A DNA stretch of 63,953 nucleotides, filler included, from Stramenopiles sp. TOSAG23-6 (taxonomy: Eukaryota), in the NCBI GenBank assembly GCA_900128565.1. It is 4 parts of 4 records of this genome, joined end to end, with 100 filler letters (N's around TTAATTAATTAA, not from the genome) between each part and the next. Parts side by side here need not be neighbours in the genome. Positions count along the whole stretch, not along the records: positions 50,349 to 63,953 come from LT636162.1; 3 more parts are not named here. The stretch is one strand, 5' to 3'. Shown in pieces: positions 60,108 through 63,953 of this stretch. How positions within the stretch are numbered: position 1 is the first letter of the stretch; every line of letters begins with the position of its first letter. The position numbers were made by a program, and so were the translations under genes. The notes below the pieces were generated by a model. It worked only from the letters and a program-made list of their open reading frames with translations, was not told the origin of the DNA and searched no databases.

Positions 60108-61601
60108 TTATTTATTCATTTCTCTTGATAATGTTGCAGCAATCAAGAGACTTTTTGCAATCCTTGTAATCGTTCCAGCTTTACCATCACCTGAAATAAT
60201 ATCCAAAGAAGGATCAAATATTTTCTGTTCTAATAAATCATCTAAAGNAATCCGAAGTTGTTTAAATACTACAGCAGTCCTAGGAGGCACTTGNATATGT
60301 ATTACGAAAAAATATTTCNTNAAAAANAATNTTTAGGTATTTTGTTTTTTACGAAATTTGAATATAGTAAAAAAAAAATATCGTCCTAAAAAAAAAAAAC
60401 ATACATTAATCCATCCATCAATAACAATACGCCTTTGACTGTGTAACACATCAACAGCATCGTGTCCAGCTGCAAATAACAATAATGCTTCGGGTGGTAC
60501 CATGGTAAGCTCTCGAAGGTACACTTTTGTAGTTCGAATTTTGTCAAGATAGATAGACCATAAACTATCACTAGCAACACCAATGCATTGTGAAAAAATA
60601 TNTTTTTTTGTAAAATTTGTTAGNTACGAAATTTCGTACGAAAAAAAAATACTTCGAAATTGAANACGTACACTCCTCGATGATCACTANTTTTACATGC
60701 ATGNGCAACAGCTGATGATGGATGAAGATGAACAATCTCACCACTTTGTTCTGTGACGATTCTCCGAGATTTTGTAATGGACGGTTTTTGAACATTGACA
60801 ATACAAGGGTATATATTGNGAAAAAATATTTAAAAAAAAAAGAAATCGTTAGGTACAAAATTTTCTAACNAAAAAAAAAAAATAAAATTCATCATTAAAA
60901 AGTACATAAACCTGCGACAATAACAGCTTTCACAACAACAGCAATATTAGCGTTTTCATTNAATTCAAGTGAAGTGTCCAAATCTCTTGAAAAAGACATT
61001 TTACTCTTTTTTTTTGTATGTTTCAAATTAGTTTTTTGTTTAGATGGTAGGAAACCTATANTGCGTAAATGTCCCATCAAATCTTGTTTTTGATTTCTCA
61101 TACTACACAGTGTATACATTGTGAAACAATATATATTTTTTTTGGTTNAAAAAAAAACGTTAGGTACATAATTTCGTATGAAAAAAAAATACGTAAAGAA
61201 TTCAATTTTGAAAANGTACATGATAATTTAAGAAATTTTTCCGACAAAATTGTTGAGAATACTTATTCCCATGTATATCGACCACATTTCGCCATGTCCA
61301 GTATGCGTTTACTATTATTAACAAATCCGATAGCATTTCATTTTTTTCTTGCCAGAAAGAAGTATTGTGAAAAAATATTTCAACACAAATCTAAAAAAAA
61401 TTGTTAGGTACGAAATTTCGTACGAAAAAAAAACTAAATTAGAAATTCATATAAAACGTACAACTTTTTGCAAATGAAATACGAGCTCGATCGGCCTCTG
61501 CACGTCTGCCCATAGGTACTACAAANGGTGATTTGGCATTCATTGCAACGGCAATAGTGGAAATTGGATCTAGACATCTAAAAATTGTTCCATAAATCAA
61601 C
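60108..61601 (-). CDS. DEAH/RHA RNA helicase C-terminal part (HA2 + OB fold; DHX36/57-like), 6 exons
   Basis: MLIYGTIFRCLDPISTIA, SDLLIIVNAY, AGLYP, IHPSS, YLRELTMVPP, IDGWI after removing family introns; helicase core absent. Confidence 0.88.
60297..60404 (-). mobile_element. family intron, GT-AT
   Basis: restores DGWIN|IQVPPRTAV. Confidence 0.85.
60583..60671 (-). mobile_element. family intron, GT-AT
   Basis: GTACG...CACAATGCAT|; frame restored. Confidence 0.8.
60811..60905 (-). mobile_element. family intron, GT-AT
   Basis: restores conserved AGLY|P. Confidence 0.9.
61114..61219 (-). mobile_element. family intron, GT-AT
   Basis: restores NFLNYH|TLCSM. Confidence 0.88.
61360..61461 (-). 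mobile_element. family intron, GT-TT
   Basis: TT|GTACG...CACAATACTT|; frame restored. Confidence 0.85.
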
Positions 61602-61703
61602 ATATATTTTGGAAAAATATTTAAAAAAAAAAAAACTAAAATTTGTTAGGTACAAAATTTCGTACGAATAAATATTTCGAATTTGAAAAAAAATAAAACA
61701 TAC
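61602..61703 (-). mobile_element. family intron at pyruvate kinase / DEAH helicase junction
   Basis: 5' flank is PK (NETDG), 3' flank is DEAH (MLIYG). Confidence 0.85.
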
Positions 61704-62735
61704 CATCAGTTTCATTTAGAATATCTTGAAAATTAGATAGCCCTTCTTGATTTTCAATTTTTGCAATAATCTTGATTCGAGATGATTGATCGCCAAGTAG
61801 TTTTCGAATCTCCAAAATATCACTTCCTTTGCGAATGAAAGATGCAGCAATCATATCTATTCTGTTNTTGCATCCCCAGTTGATAATATCGTGTTTATAT
61901 CATTTTCAAAAATATTTCAAACATTCAAAATTTGTTAGGTCAAAANTTTTTTTTTTTTTTTTNTTTTTTNTTTTTTTGTTTTTTGTTTTTTTGTTTTTTG
62001 TTTGTGTACAACAAGAAATTGAATCTAGGGTTAGGATTTGAAAACGTACATCTTTTTCTGTTAAGGTAGGAAGATCTACAATCACTCCGGGTAAATTCAT
62101 ATTCTTTCTTTCACCTATGGTTGCATCATTCATGACAGTAACCCTGATACAAGTATTATAAAAAATATTTCAATTTGTTTTTCTGTTAGGTACAAAATTT
62201 CGTATGAAAAAAAAACAAATTTGAAATTCAAAGTAGACAACGTACAACCATTTTCTGGATGACAACTATCGACTGTCAGTACAAGAGCACCATCTGCAAC
62301 TAAGATTTTCTGTCCCACTGCTACTGACGTTGGAAGACTCTTATATGATACAGCTAAACGAGAACTGTTACCCTTGAATGAATAATCCGTGGTCAACTCT
62401 AACTTTTGAAGAGCTTTAAATGTCACTTTGCCAGANTCACTTTCTAGAAATCCCGTTCGGATTTCAGGACCCTTTGTATCCAACATGATTGCAACATTTG
62501 CATTAGGTCGTTGTTTTATCGCTAGCTNTAAACGCTGAAGGCACCCGAGGTGTCCTGCATGATCTCCGTGGGAAAAGTTAAAACGAGCAACNGTCATGCC
62601 TTTATCAATGAGTTTCAATAGCATTTCGACTGACCAACAAGATGGTCCAAGTGTGCAGACGATGCGCGTCTTCCTTTTCGTGATATCCGTTTCATGTGAT
62701 ATAGTATCCATATTAATTTTAACATTGTCCCCCAT
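61704..62735 (-). CDS. PYK: pyruvate kinase, N-terminal ~half
   Basis: [53 protein letters not shown]; ends at NETDG. Confidence 0.96.
61897..62049 (-). mobile_element. family intron, GT-AT
   Basis: restores LTEKD|KHDI. Confidence 0.88.
62151..62245 (-). mobile_element. family intron, GT-TT
   Basis: TT|GTACG...ATAATACTT|; restores [11 protein letters not shown]. Confidence 0.88.
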
Positions 62736-63135
62736 ATTTCTTTTCTTTTCCAGCACACTGTAAGACAATAAAGTGATCTACTTACTACACAAGCAAAATT
62801 TGGCTACACACACACAGTTTTACGACAGAACAGACAGAGAGCACCAGTCAGTCAAACACGCGCTCATCAACNAAAANTTNGANTCNAAAAAAAAANAAAA
62901 AATAGCNAAAAAATACTGAAAAGATAACTTCCGAAGTTCGGGACTAATATTATTTCATACGAATTTTTCCTACCTAAATAGTCCAATCTCAAAACGGATC
63001 TTTTCTCCAAATGGATTTTTATTTTTTACAATAAGTACAGTTACAACACACTACAAACAAAAGAAGAAAGATATATTTAGGACTGTCGACACAAACATCA
63101 AACGCATCATCAAAACNCATCAAAAGTTCAAAACC

Positions 63136-63900
63136 ATGTCAAAAAACGCAAAAAACGAGACAGAAAAGACAAAAAACTCATCGAGCTCCTCTGAATTNAC
63201 AATTGAGCATAGTATTGGAGTGTTAGATGTCGAAGATATTTTGACGGAGACTGAAGCAAGGGAATTTTCCAGTATACATTTGGATGATAATTTACTTGCT
63301 GCAGGACGTGAAGATAATGGAACTTATTTCACAGATACATTCTTTGCTTTAGCTGCAATACAAGAAACTAAGGAGAATGTACTATTTGCATCAAATTGTC
63401 AGTTGAGTCTTTGTCTGGAAAGACAGCGAGAACTACTCACTCGCAAAGGTGCTCGTTTACTAATGACTAGAAAAGCAATATATGTGAATGATATTGTTTT
63501 GGAGTTTCCAGAACAATCAGAAAAATCCGGAAAATCTTCAAAATCTTCAAAAAATTCATCAAATGAAGATGATCATGTATCATTTTTTTGTCATCAACTT
63601 ACACTGGAAAACTATTTATATCCGTCTGAGGGTGGTACGTTTTCATCATGAAATACTTTTAATTGTTTTTTTTCGTACGAAATTTCGTACCTAACAAAAC
63701 AACAATTTTTTCGAAATATTTTATCATAGTATATGAGCTGTTTTTGATATTCATTTACTAGAGTGTGGGAAAGAGGAAAAATTAGAATTCTGGAAAACAC
63801 TCGCCAGTTTTGTACCTGTGAAAACAAACAAAGAATACAAAGCATTAAAAATGGCAAAAACGATCCACAAGAAAGCTGAGACTGTTGTTGGAGAGGTGAT
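63136..63900 (+). CDS. hypothetical protein, multi-exon, runs off window
   Basis: exon 1 63136-63634 joins open exon 63735-63900. Confidence 0.6.
63635..63734 (+). mobile_element. family intron, GT-AT
   Basis: GTACG...CATAGTATAT|; nearby AG would give a premature stop. Confidence 0.8.
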
Positions 63901-63953
63901 GTATGTTTTCAGGATCAATTTTAAATTCATTTTTTTTTCGTACGAAATTTTGT
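63901..63953 (+). mobile_element. family intron truncated by window end
   Basis: AT|GTATGTTTT...TTCGTACGAAATTTTGT. Confidence 0.8.

Noticed and set aside
60297-62245. CRISPR-like array from repeated palindromic units
   Set aside because: Units are variable introns separated by exons; eukaryotic context with no cas genes.

Overview
AT-rich eukaryotic nuclear DNA from a flagellated protist (CCDC39, FAM227, Sfi1-like and EF-hand/WD40 genes; a stramenopile-like single-cell or metagenome assembly is a guess). The window is four contigs joined by artificial N/TTAATTAATTAA linkers. It has about 27 protein genes, including TOR kinase, CCDC39, pyruvate kinase, a DEAH helicase fragment, a TRANK1-like ankyrin/SF1 helicase, ODR-4, an acyl-CoA thioesterase, a deoxynucleoside kinase and a UGHC selenoprotein PDI with a SECIS element. 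The main signal is that every intron I could locate (38 complete by manual count, plus 2 truncated and 2 UTR copies) belongs to one sequence family, mostly 86-170 nt: GTAYGTTTT ... TTCGTACGAAATTTYGTAC-CTAAC ... AAATATTTTTYCACAATAC-NN. All are in sense orientation. About 30 of 38 end in AT instead of AG (3 AG, 2 TT, and 1 each of GT, AC, AA), and 24 of 38 end in a copy of the last two exon bases, like a 2-bp target-site duplication. Removing them at that register restores conserved TOR, pyruvate kinase, DEAH, HD and helicase motifs. This suggests an introner-like family of non-canonical GT-AT introns and a splicing system that does not require the 3' AG. Up to three copies join unrelated genes (misassembly or element-mediated recombination).
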